Assembly (NCBI RefSeq): GCF_009914755.1
Contig: NC_060938.1
DNA length: 64,000 nucleotides
Source of the DNA: the human T2T-CHM13v2.0 reference genome, Homo sapiens
Direction: 5' to 3' (one strand)
Each line of letters starts with the position of its first letter. The stretch's first letter is position 1. Under the pieces are notes generated by a model, which was not told where the DNA came from, did not search any database, and was given only the letters and a program-made list of their open reading frames with translations. Made by a program: the position numbers and the translations under genes. Below are positions 23,017 to 39,659 of this stretch, piece after piece.

Positions 23017-25415
23017 TGATCCGCCTGCCTCGGCCTCCAAAAGTGCTGGGATTACAGGTGTGAGCCGCCACACCTGGCCAACTTTTTTTTTTTTTTTGAG
23101 ATGGAGTCTTGCTCTGTCACCCAGCCTGGAGTGCAGTGGCATGATCTCGGCTCACTGTAAGCTCTGCCTCCTGAGTTCACGCCATTCTCCTGCCTCAGCC
23201 TACCAAGTAGCTGCGACTACAGGTGCCCACCGCCATGCCCGGCTAATTTTTTGTATTTTTAGTAGCGATACGGTTTCACAATGTTAGCCAGGATGGTCTC
23301 GATCTCCTGACCTCGTGATCTGCCCACCTTGGCCTCCCTAAGTTCTGGGATTACAGGCATGAGCCACCCTGCCAGGCCCCTACTATGTTTTAACATAGTT
23401 GAACTGAACTTTCAGCTTTAGATAAGGATAATTAACATAGGTACATGCATTTTCATTTGGTAACATTTATTTTACAAATCTACCATTAATGAAACTATAA
23501 TTACATGATCAAAAATTTAAGAATTATTTTAAACAAACATCATCTATCAAATGCATCAAATCTCATATTTTACTAAAAACTACTGTATAAAACATTTAGT
23601 CTCCCTCATTTTCAGTACCTAAAATAAGTTCATTCTTGGAGATTCTACAGTAAATTACTAATGGTGAAAGGAAATTTTAGTCCCTAGAACAGTTATTTAT
23701 TTATTTAAAAAAAGAGATCTCACTATGTTGCCCAGGCTGGACTTGAACTCCAGGGCTCAAGGGATCTTCCTGCCTCAGCCTCCCGAGCAGCTAGAACTAC
23801 AGAAACATGACACTGTGCCCAGCTCCCTAGAACATTTATTCTTTTAACATGATGATGTCAGTCAAGCATGGTGGCTCACACCTGTAATCCCAGCAGTTTG
23901 GGAGGCCGAGGTGGGTGGACTGCTTGAGGCTGGGAGTTCGAGACCAGCCTGACCAATACGGTGAAACCTCGTCTCTACTAAAAATACAAAAATTAGCCAG
24001 CATGGTGGTGTGTACCTGTAGTCCTAGCTAATCAGGACACTGAGGCATGAGAATCGCTTGAACCCAGGAAGTAGAGCCTGCAGTGAGCCAAGACCATGCC
24101 ACTGCCACTCCAGTCTGGGTAACAGAGCAAGACTCTGTCTCCAAAAATAAAAATAAAAAAATCTCCACACAATCTAAATGCTTGTTGATAGAACTTCAAA
24201 TCTTAAGAATTAATACAGGTGAGAAAAATTCTGTTCCATGTTAAAACTTGCAGTTACAGTGCTGAAGTTCTCTTCATGGAACTCTACAGATAATGTATAC
24301 ACAGTGTAAAGCAATGAGCAGAACTGTCCCAAACAACCCTGGAGCTCACTCCTGGACAAGCCAGCAAGAGGGACTGCACCCAAGCTCAGCTCCCATGGGA
24401 TGACAGGATTCCTCCTCATGGGAGGTAGGTACAACTTCTCATGGGTTCAGGGCCTTCAGGTGCTGGGCAGTTTCTCACACAACTGGCAACCTGAATCCAA
24501 GTCCAGGGTGCCTGGTACTAAGTAGCCTGCGTGTGACCCTCCTCCCCGCAACAGTGTAGCTTTCCCATGCTACCTGATAAGAAGGGAGAATCACAGATGG
24601 ATGGATCCCTCCCTGTGAACACAGACACCAGGTTTGCCCCTCCCTGAATTGATGGCAGATGAGAGAACATTTCCTTCTCCTGCTAACCTTGGCCCTCCAA
24701 GTTCTCTCTTTCCCCAATAAGGTCTATTCCTTAACCCAACCTATCTGACATCACACAATTTGTCCTGAGCTATGTCACACAGCAGACTCTAAAGAGAACC
24801 ACCTTGCAAGACGGATATTTTTCCTGATGAATCAATTTTCTAGGAGCAAAATTCAGCTGGTGAAAAAAATATGGGTTATATGTGTATAATGGAATAGGAA
24901 GACAACATTGAGACAGCCTCAGTCTGAGATAAGTTTATCTTCAACTTTTCGTAAGGAATAAGTAGCTTGGAGCTAGAGAGAACACTATCCCCCAAGTCTT
25001 CTCATGAGAATAGACTTTTTGTTTCCACTTCTTTCTCCTCCTTATATATTTCTACTACCAGAGTGCAACTCTTACTGAATAATATGCAAATTGAAGGGAT
25101 ATACAGATGTTCTACTTATATCCTTTTGAAAAATAGCCAAGGCTGGCTGCGGTGGCTCATGCCTGTAATCCCAGCATTTTGGGAGGCCAAGGCAGGAGGA
25201 TTACTTGAGCCCAGAAGTTTGAGACCAGCCTGGACAACATGGTGAAACCCCATTTCTACAAAAAATAAAAAATTAACTGAGCATGGTGGTGCGTGCTTGT
25301 AGTCCAGCTTCTTGGGAGGCTGAGAAAGGAGGATAACTTGAGCCCCAAAAAGGTCGAGGCTACAGTAAGCTGAGACTGCACCACTGCACTCCAGCATGGG
25401 TGACAGGGCAAGACC

Positions 25416-25531
25416 AAGAAAGACAGAAAGACAAGAAAGAAAGACAGAAAGAAAGAAAGAAAAGAAGGAAGGAAAGAAAGAAGAAAGAAAGAAAGGAAGG
25501 AAGGAAGAAAAAGAAAGAAAGAAAAGAAAAA
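25416..25531 (+). repeat. Complex (GAAA/GGAA)n polypurine microsatellite, Alu-tail derived
   Basis: Direct reading. Confidence 0.92.
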
Positions 25532-25539
25532 TAGGCAAG

Positions 25540-26440
25540 ACAAACAAGCACTTCACAAGACAGTCAAATGGCTATAAAGAACACAAAAGAGGTACTCAAC
25601 TTTATTAGTCATCAGGGAAATGTAAATTAAAACCACAATGTGTTAGTACACAAACTCTAAAATGGCTAAAATGTTGGAGATTAGAGATACAGAAACTGTT
25701 GTATACTACTGATGAGAGGATAAATTGGTATAACCAATAATAACTAATAATTATGTAATGCATCCACTAAAGCTTAATATATACATCTCCTATGATCTAG
25801 CAATTCCATTACTAGGTACATAATGTAAACAACAGCAATGCAAACATACATTCATCAAAAGACATGTATAAGAATGTTCACAAAAGCAGTATTTTTGTGC
25901 CACAAATAGCATTACTATTTGTAGTAATACAAAATAGCATTACAGATAGCATTACTATTTGTAATGGACCCCAAACTGGAAACGACCCAAATGGATAGCT
26001 GGGATCATAGTAGAATGGAAATTGTGTTTACTCACAAAAGAATACTAGATAACAATGAGGATGAATTAACTACAACAGTAGTTAATTAACAATAATTAAC
26101 AGTAGTTAATTCTGGAACAGTATGGATAAATTTCTCAAACAATGGTAAACTAAAGAGGACAGAATCGAAAGGGTATATACACTGTACGCTTCCAGTCACA
26201 AAAGCTCAAAATCAGGCAAAACTCATTTATGATGTCAGAATTCAGCATAGTGGTTATATTTGGTGGGAATGCAGTGGAGAGACAGTACCTAGAAAAGGGA
26301 ATAATGGGAGGTTATAGGATGCAGGTAAATCTTTTGTTACTTGCTGTTTACACATGTTCACTGTGTGAAAATTCGCTGAGCTGTACTCTTAATGATTTGT
26401 GTGCTCCTCTCTGTATTGTATCTAATTTTTAAAAAATTCA
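25540..26440 (+). mobile_element. Old L1M (ME/MB) 3' fragment
   Basis: ATTAGTCATCAGGGAAATGTAAATTAAAACCACAATG; CTAGCAATTCCATTACTAGGTA. Confidence 0.8.
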
Positions 26441-27062
26441 AACAGTAAGAAAAAAGCCTTTGCTAACACAAATTTCCTGTCTTGCTGTCAGTTTGGAGTT
26501 TACAGACTATGGTCACCATACTTAATACCATATATAGCAATAGTGACATCCAAATATTTGATTAAAATTCTCTCTATAAAAAAAGCTTTAAATTATGAAA
26601 AATAAGTACTTGAAATCAAACTTCATCAAAGAAAAACTGTATTGCTACAGGAAATATCAAGTTCTGTACTTCTAATATGATTTAATGGAAGGAAAGGACA
26701 AACTGTTCAGTACAAATTTAAAAATCACTTAAGGCTAGGCACAGTGGTTCATACTATAATCTCAACTGTTTGAGGGGCTGAGGTGGGAGGATCACTTGAG
26801 CCCAGGAGTTCAAGGCTACACGGAGCTAAGATTGTGCCACTGTATTCTGGCCCAGGTGACAGAGCAACATCATGTCTCTCAAAAAGACACAAAATAAATA
26901 AAAATAAAAACAAAAATAAACATAACTTAAGTCATAGGACGGATCAAATTCCACATGGACCAAAAGAATTGTACAATGACAATGAGCCCACGTAAGATTA
27001 TGCATTTTCCTGCCTTGCCCTTATCTCAAACTATCCCCAGCCACCTCTCTCATCAAGCTTTA

Positions 27063-27296
<234 letters not shown>

Positions 27297-27483
27297 TCAG
27301 GAGGCTAAGGCAGGAGAATCACCTGAACCCAGGAGGCGGAGGTTGCAGTGAGCTGAGATTGCACCACTGCACTCCAGCCTGGGTGACAGAGTGAGACTCT
27401 GCCTCAAAAAATAAAAAATAGGCTGGGCGTGGTAGCTCACGCCTGTAATCCCCGCACTTTGGGAGGCTGAGGCAGGTGGATCA

Positions 27484-27883
<400 letters not shown>

Positions 27884-28748
27884 TTAGGCCCAGACTTCAT
27901 TGTGTTGGGCTCAGAGAATTAGCAAACTGCAGTTCTACAAAGATAATGTATAAAATCACAAAAGAGAACTGCTACCAAATCATTTACCCCCAACCTCCCC
28001 AGGTTTTCAAGACCAACCTGAAACTAGTTCAAATTACCAGAGACACTACTAACTACAACACAAATCAGGTATAAACCTAAGGTGCTCTCGGGAATGGGCT
28101 ATCTGGGGACAAGCTGTCAATCTAGCAGCATTTCTCACCTCCTCTTAGTGCTCTCCGAGCCCTTACTATGAGGTTCAGCAAACACAAGCACCTGAGTAAT
28201 GGCAATGGCCAGTACTTCTACAGCACTATCTGCCAGGGAGCCTTCTCTACACTCTAACTCTCAGGTTATGTCTATGTTATTATCCCCACACTACAGAGGA
28301 GGAAACTAGAGGACAGGGATACTAAGTAACTTGCTCAGGATCACACAGGTAGTAAAAGGCAGAGCTGAGACTCAAACCCAGGCAGAGGTTTCAAAACCTG
28401 TGCTATTAGCACTTCAAGTCATTTATACAGAATTTGGCTTCTCCTAAAGCTCAAATGTCCTAAAGATGGCTAAAATCCAGCAATCACAAAAGGGCATAAT
28501 GAATGCCACAGAGTCAATGCTCAGCATCTTTTCAATCTTTTCAATAATTTTATGTACAACCCCAGCAAGTTTAGATATTATTACCAGTTTGCATTACATT
28601 AAAAGCACCAATACAAATGGCACAGTAACTGCACCAAGAAACATCAGCAAGAGGATTAAAAAAAAAAAAAAAACAAAGCAGGCACCAGAACTAAAACAAA
28701 CAACAAAAATCCAGTAGTGGTCATAAAGTTAGTACAAAGGTTTAAGTT

Positions 28749-28920
28749 AGGGGTTGGCAAACTCTAGCCCATGGGCCAAATTCAACCTGCCCCAGTAGCT
28801 AAGAATGCACTTTACATTTTTACATGGTTGGGAAAAACATGCACAAATAAGAATGTGTGACAGAGACTACAGCTGGCCTGCAAAGCCTTAAAATATTTAC
28901 AGAAAAGTTGTTTACTTTAG
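28749..28920. mobile_element. MER58-type hAT MITE fragment
   Basis: AGGGGTTGGCAAACT...GGGCCAAAT...GCCTGCAAAGCCTTAAAATATTTAC. Confidence 0.7.
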
Positions 28921-29636
28921 ATAAACAGCACCATATATATCTCAGAAACTCAAAGCCATCTCTTTATCCATTCAAATATATACATTTTTTTCTTTTGAGA
29001 CAGGATCTTGCTCTGTCCCCTAGGCTGGAGTGCAGTGGTGCGATCATGGCTCACTACAGCCTCGACCTCCCAGACTCATGCAATCCTCCCACCTCAGCCT
29101 CCCAAGTCTACAGGCATGTGCTAACACGCCCAGCTAATTTTGTTCATTCTTGTAGAGACAGGTCTCACCACGCCCGGCCCCATTCAAATATTTATTGAGT
29201 ACTTACTCTGTGCCAGGCCCTCTCTCAGGCACTGCAGATATATCAGTGAGAAACTGTTTTTACATTCTAACTTAATAAAGGGTACTCAAAGTGACTACTC
29301 AGAAAGAGGAAACCAAGGTTCCAAGAGGAAATGGTTGCAAGGCCCTTCGTAGGCAGATATTGCTACCTACACAGCTTCTTTAGGGCCAAAGTTGGTTCTC
29401 TGGCTCTCCAAACCCAGGACCTAGCAAGGGTTAAAGGTATATTGCAGAGGGGAAGGCAGTGAACGGAAAAATGGCACAGTAAGCCCAAACATTCCCAGAA
29501 TGGACTGTATAGGAGATTAACAATTGGGCCATATGGTTATAGGTGCGTACTCTTGAGGACGCCCAAAAAACTAAATTGTTGAATCTTCACATGCTATGTA
29601 GATACAAGTTGATGATAATGGTAAAGGTATTCCTGA

Positions 29637-29954
<318 letters not shown>

Positions 29955-30167
29955 TGAGCCACTGCACCCAGACTAAGAGGGATTTCTTTCGGGTAAGTAG
30001 ATTTTCACTAGGCTAGCACTCAGCTTTTTTTCATCCCATGGGTCAGTACAAATGTGTCCCAACTAGGTAACAATATTGTTAAAAATCTTGTCTAATTCTC
30101 AGGAAGTAGTGTGGAACATGTTTAAGGCCTTCCATGTTGAAATGTGGTCCCACACCAAAGCCTTTGA

Positions 30168-30302
<135 letters not shown>

Positions 30303-30618
30303 TAAAAATACAAAAATTAGCTGGGCGTGGTGGCGGGCGCCTGTAATCTCAGCTACTGGGGAGACTGAGGCAGGAGAATCGCTTGAACGGGGAGGCGGAG
30401 GTTGCAGTGAGCCATGATGGCGCCATTGCACTCCAGCCTGGGTGACAAGAGCCAAACTCCATCTCAAAAAAAAAAAAAAAGTACGTGTGTATTTTTCACG
30501 CACTCTACTCAGCCAAGCAACCAAATCTCTATTGTCTATGATTTACGAGTCATGTCAATCAAGTCAAAAAATTAGTGACAACTATACGACTGAGTCCTTC
30601 CTCCCCCACTGAACATCA

Positions 30619-30954
<336 letters not shown>

Positions 30955-31779
30955 TTAAAATAAAAATTAAAAAAAATTTATGCTACAGATTTACATTTGG
31001 TAAATGTATTCTTTTGTCTTTGCTTTATTTGTTGTGTGTGTGTGAATTTTAAATGTCTGGGATAAATGATCATTTATAAGTATTTAATAAAACAAAAACC
31101 CTTTGCTCCTCCTATTAAATAACAACCTTACCAGCAACTCTTTCCAAACACGAAACTATTATGAAACATGATACTATGTGCCAAAGCTGTCCTGGGGAAG
31201 GCTTCACTCACACACAAATGGCTGGATAATAGTATGAGAGAAACGAGGAGTTTCTTCACATATCACAAACAGTATCTTCAAGTGCATGGTCACGGAAGAG
31301 TTAAAGGGACAGCAGGCTAGGCAGACTACAACAAAATCATCCCAGTCCACTCCTAATACCTAAAAACAAAGCTGGCCGCCTGCTCCGGAAAGATGGGAGT
31401 ACCAAAAGAAACCAAACCCAAACATCCCGTAATAAAAACTCTTGTGACGACTTCCCTGTTTAGGGGCACGCCGGGTTTCCTACTTCACTTCCTAAATGTC
31501 AGGCCCTACAGTGGGCGAGCCAAGGTCTCCTCCCTCGGGAGGCTCGCGGACCTAGTGCAGGGGAAAGACACGAACAAGACCCCAAAGATCTACGTGTAGG
31601 GAAGACTCCAATATAGAATTGAGCAGTCCGGAGGAGGAAAAGTTAATTCTGCCAGGATTAGGGTAGGAGGGGTTGAGGGAGGTGTCCCAGAGATGACTCT
31701 AGCTAGACCCTAGGGAGAGGGAAGGATTGGGGAGGGGTGAAGGAATCCTCCGAAAAGCGATGGAAAGTGACGGAGAAAG

Positions 31780-32330
31780 GCAGAAGCAAACCCACTGGGC
31801 GCCACCCCACTCCCGTGTCCCGAGACGCCCCCGGCCCCGCCCATACTCCCTCCCGGCTCCCAGGGCGGGGGCCGCGGGGGAAGTAGGGGCGTAGGTGATG
31901 CTCCCCTCCTCGAGCCGAGGAGGCGGGAGGCTGCGGCGTCGCCCCTCGCCGGGCGAGATCGGCATGGGGGCGACTCGGGCCCCACCCAGCCCTCCGAGAG
32001 GCGGTGATGCCGCGCTCCACGCCCGCCACCGCGCGGCAGACAGCTCCCCACCGAACGCGGACACTCACTTTCTCGTGGAAGATGGACTCCATGTTTATTT
32101 GTCTGGAGCCAACGGCCCCCACGCCGAACCACCCCCTCCAGCTCCGCCCCCTGCCCCTCTCCTCCGCCCACCCCGCCCCTCCCCGGCCCGCCCCGGTACC
32201 CCGCCCACGTGCCGCACGCAGACCAATCACCCGTGAGGATGCGAGTGTCGTGAAGCGAAGAGCGAGTGAACGCCGGGGACACGTGACCTTGGTAGCGCGT
32301 CCTCCTAGCTTCTGTTAGCGGGCCTTCTGG
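31780..32330 (-). promoter_or_regulatory. ATXN3: ATXN3 CpG-island TATA-less promoter and 5'UTR
   Basis: High GC/CpG; several GC boxes 32143-32206; CACGTG at 32206-32211 and 32280-32285; CCAAT at 32223-32227. Confidence 0.9.
32069..32092 (-). CDS. ATXN3: Ataxin-3 coding exon 1 (MESIFHEK)
   Basis: ATG at 32092-32090, 24 nt, followed by GTGAGT donor; matches the ataxin-3 N-terminus. Confidence 0.99.
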
Positions 32331-32399
32331 GGGATGCTACATCGCCACCTGCTGTCTGGAGGATCTTCTCCGCTTCCCACCCATTTCTATGGATTCTTA

Positions 32400-33002
<603 letters not shown>

Positions 33003-33773
33003 TCATACACATGAGGAAACCGAGGCACGGAGAGGTTAAGAACAGCACAATGTCCAAGGTCAGATAGTAAGTTGTCTTGCCAGGATTCAAATCCAGGTGG
33101 CTTGTTACCAGTGTAGGTGTTCGGACCCTTTAGAGGGAACTTAGAAGTCCCATAAATTGTGTGGGAGACGGGGAGGTAGCAGCGGTTTGATGAAACTTAA
33201 ATGGAAGGATAGGTGCAGATCTTGCACCTTGAAACCAGATTAAGGTGTACTTTTTTTTTTTTTTTTTTTGAGACGGCCCTCTCTCTGTCCCCCAGGCTGG
33301 AGTGCAGTGGCACAATCTCCCCGCTCACTGCAACTTCTGCTTCCTGGGTTCAAGTGATTCTCTTGCCTCAGCCTCCCAAACAGCTGGGATTACAGGCGTG
33401 CACCACGAAGTCCAACTATTTTTGTATTCTTAGTAGAGAAGAGGTTGTACCATGTTGGCCAGGCTGGTCTCGAACCCCCAGCCTCAGGTGATCCACCTGC
33501 CTTGGCCTCCCAAAGTCCTGGAATTACAGGCGTGAGCCACCGCACCTGGCCAAAGTGTACCTTTTAAAGGATGTGGGGAGCTATATAAATATTTTAAAAG
33601 AAGACATGTGGTCATGTTTGCCTTTTAGAAAGATCACTGGCTGCAGAAAAAAGCAGTTGCTGTTGAAGGAATCTTGGGAGAGACGATGGTGGTTTAAGAG
33701 AGTGTCTTAAAGATGGAAATAGCCCATTTTGAGAGATTCTTTGGACGTAAAGAGACTCAACAGAATGTGGTGA

Positions 33774-34410
33774 TGATACCGAGTGGAGGAATACTAGCCT
33801 TTTTCGTCTTGAGTCGAATTACATAAAACGACATGGACAAACGTGGAGTGGTTTTAAGGAGCGGAGAGTTTAATAAGCAAGAAGGAAGGGAGAAGAAAGA
33901 AAGAAGCAGCTCCCCTGTACAGAGACAGAGGGATGGGTGCTCCAAAGCTGAGAGAGGAGACCCAGAGTGCGTGGGAGATACCAGCCAGTTATAGGAGGAG
34001 GATGCAGGAGGCGGTGTCTGATTTGCATAGGGCTCAGGGGACTGGTTTGACCACGCATGTCATTCATGTAGCCCCCTAATAAAACTGGCCATTCCACCCT
34101 AGCCTTTTAATATGCAAATGCAGGGCGCTATGATGTTCTACTCATGTGGGGATATGTGGGGGTGGCCATGTTGCCAGGCACTTGTGAGAACAAGGGCAAG
34201 AGGACGATGGTGGGAATCACCGTGTTGGTGGACCCAGTTTCTAACTGCCGGCATTTGCATATCAAACGTTGCCAGCTCGGGTCTAAAAGTCAGGGCTTTT
34301 ATGCTAGACAGGAAACGTCTCAGGAGCTGCTTCAAAAGAGACAAAAACTTTTCAAGGACCCCTTTTCCTCTCTATCTGCCTAAAATAATTTCTTAATAAC
34401 TCCTACCACA
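33774..34410 (-). mobile_element. Solo ERV1 LTR (LTR9-like / MER4 group)
   Basis: Minus strand starts TGTGGTAGGAGTTATTAAGAAATTATTTTAGGCAGATAG and ends GGTATCA; ATTAAA signal; subfamily from memory. Confidence 0.75.
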
Positions 34411-35549
34411 ATGAGGGATTGGGGAAGGTAGGAGACAGAAATGTGAAGGTGACTTCTGGGTTTGTGACCTGGGCAGCCACTGTGGCAGGAGTGGTATTGA
34501 GAGCAGAAACATGGGAGGAGCAGCAAGGTTTTGGGAAGAGAATAAGATAGAGTTTACATTTTGGAGATACTGAATTTGAAATATCTATGGACATTTGAGT
34601 AATTATGTTGAGTAATGGTTGGATACCGAGTCTGAAGTTCAGGAGGCTGCTTTGAACTCAATGAGGAATTGTCATTAAAAAACAGATAGCTAAGGCCATT
34701 GTGGTGGTGCATGCCTGTAATCCCAGCACTTTGGGAGGCTGAGGCAGGCAGATCTCTTGAGGCCAGGAGTTCAAGACCAGGCTGGCCAACATGGTGAAAC
34801 CTCATCTCTACAAAAATACAAAAATTAGCCGGGCGTGGTGGCTCATGCCTATAATCCCAGCTACTCAGGAGGCTGAGGCAGGAGAATCACTTGAACCGGG
34901 AGGTAGAGGTTGCAGTGAGCCAAGATCGTGCTATTGCACTCCAGCCTGGACAACAGAGTGAAACTGTGTCTCAAAAAAAAAAAAAAAAAAAAGTAACTGA
35001 AACCATAGGAGTGAATAAAATCATTTTAGGGAAAAGGAAGTGATTGAGAAGAGGGCTAGAGCTGAGCCGTGAGGATAGGAGAAGCAATAACCAAGGAGGA
35101 GGGAGGAGAAGCAAGAGAGTGTGACATTGTGGAAGGCCTGGGCAGGGGATGCTTCAAGGGGTAGTCAGTGTCAGTTGCTGCCAAGAAGTCAAGCAATATA
35201 AGGACGTATAAGAGCCCACTAAATTTTGTTGCTATGGAGACCATTGGTGACTTTGGGGACTGCAGGTTCAGAGAAGTAGAGGGGGCAGTGAGAGGTAAGA
35301 GAATGGAGACTGCCAGAGAGGACCAGGTGCTGAAGGAGAGGATTCGGTACCATTTATCGAGCATCTCTGTGTGCACGGTTCACAGCCTTGTATGGGGGAA
35401 AGTCCATGTTCTTAAGGATTTGTGTGGCCTACCCAGGGAAATAAATTATAGTCTCATGAAGTGAAAAAAATTGCAAACCACCTTTTCTGTTTTTGTTTTG
35501 TTTTTTTAAATTGTAGTTGATGTCTTTCAAATGAATTAATGAAGTCGAA

Positions 35550-35906
35550 GGTCTTAGTCTTTTTGGGGCGCTTTAACAAGATATCTTAGAGTAATTTATA
35601 AACAGAAGTTTATTACAGATCTGTAATAAATTTACAGGCTAGGAAGTCCAAGATCAAGGCTCTAACGGATTTAGTGTCTGGTGAGGGCCCATTCCTCATA
35701 GATGGTGCATTTTTTTGTCCTCACATGGTGGAAGGGGAAAAGGGGCAAACAAGCTTCCTCTCTGCATAAGGGCACTAATCCCAGTCACAAGGCTTGGCCT
35801 TATGATCTAATCATCTCCCAAAGGCCCCATCTGTTAAACCAACACACTGGAGACTACATTTCAACAAATGAATTTTGGAAAGATACAAACATTCAGATCA
35901 TAGCAC
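35550..35906 (-). mobile_element. MaLR LTR (MST/MLT1A-like)
   Basis: Characteristic GAAGTCCAAGATCAAGG...GTGTCTGGTGAGGG and terminal CATTCAGATCATAGCA. Confidence 0.75.
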
Positions 35907-36403
35907 CAAGTATCTGGGAATCATTTTTTATTCTCTTCCCACAACTTCTCCACGTCACCCCTTATTCCAATCAGTCCTCAAATGCTATAAATCCACTCCT
36001 AACTCTCTCTTGCCCTTGTCTTCATTGCTACTACTTAGTTCAAGCCCTCTTGGTATCTTGTGTACTCTAGTCCAAGGATCTTTGAATTGGTCTTCTGATT
36101 CCAGTCTCAATATGTCTAATTCATGGTGCTGTCAGTGATCTTCCAAAAATGCAAATCTCACAAGATTTTCTTTTGTTTAACAAGAATAACTGCATATCAG
36201 GCCCTGGGACTATAACCATGAAAAACACAAACAGTCCCACCTTCAGGGGACTTACATTGGCAGGGATTCTTAAATGATTACACAACTCTGACTTCAAAAT
36301 CCTTCAGTGATGGCCGGGTGCAATGGCTCATGCCTGTAATCCCAGTACTTTGGGAGGCCGAGGCGGGTGGATCACCTGAGGTCAGGAGTTCAAGACCAGC
36401 CTA

Positions 36404-36640
<237 letters not shown>

Positions 36641-36745
36641 CTATTGCTGGCCTGAAAAGCTCTGTGATCTGGACCAACCACCTGTCCTGTTCTGTTCTCC
36701 CCAAATTCTCTCTGCCCCAGTCACTCCAGACTCTAGTCATACTAG

Positions 36746-38423
<1,678 letters not shown>

Positions 38424-38547
38424 TTACCCAAAATGAAATAGTTTAACAGAATTTCAAATGTTTGGCATTTTAAAAATTATGATGTGTATTAATCAACACA
38501 AATCAGTGGTAACTAAATGGTATCGTTTCAGCGTAATCTTCTCCTAA

Positions 38548-38748
<201 letters not shown>

Positions 38749-39659
38749 TAAGTAGCTGGGATTACAGACATGCACCACCATGCCTGGCTAATTTTTGTTC
38801 TTTAGTAGAGATGGGGTTTTACCATATTGGCAAGGCTGGTCTCAAACTCCTGACCTCAAACAATCCACCTGCCTCGGCCTCCCAAAGTGCTGGGATTACA
38901 GATGTGAGTCACCGTGCCTGGCTATGTTTTTAAAAATTGATAACTGAATCTTGATGATATTGTGTTATAAAAAATGAATCAAGAGAGAATCCAATTTACT
39001 ATTACAGATCTTGGCATTAGCAATTTATGTTTCATAAAAAATACTACACGTATTTCCAGGAAAGGGAGGTAGAAAAAAATACACACAACAGCATTGTGTT
39101 GAAACTCTCCATATATCCCTTAAGGACAAAAGACTTAGGTGTAATATTGCTTGCAATAAAGTATATATGCTTGAAACAAACCAAAGAAAACAAAAGAAAT
39201 AAAACCTAATGTTTCTGATTAGTGCTATTTTTGTCCTTTCTAAAAATATTCTGCTCTTCCTGATTACAGATTTTTCAAGTATTATTCATCAATCTCCTCT
39301 TTCATATATTGAAGGCAAAGGAATATTTTTAAAAGAGTTTACTTCTCTATTGTTTTTATTTTATATTTTATTTTTTGACACGGGCTCACTCTGTCTTCCA
39401 GACTGGAGTGCAGTGGCACAATCACGGCTCATTGCAGCCTCATCCTCCACAGGCTCAGGTGACCTCCCACCTCAGACTCCTGAGTAACTGGGACTACCCA
39501 CCACACCCCACCACACCCAGCTCATTTTTGTATTTTTAGTGGAGACGGGGTCTCACCATGTTTTCCAGGCTGGTCTCGAACTCCTGGGCTCAAGCCATCT
39601 GCCCACCTTGGCCTCCCAAAGTGCTAGGATTGCAGGCATTGCCACTGCGCCTGGCCCAG

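Noticed and set aside
31699-32318. Overlapping 100-190 aa ORFs at the ATXN3 promoter
   Set aside because: Stop-codon depletion in a CpG island; only MESIFHEK is supported
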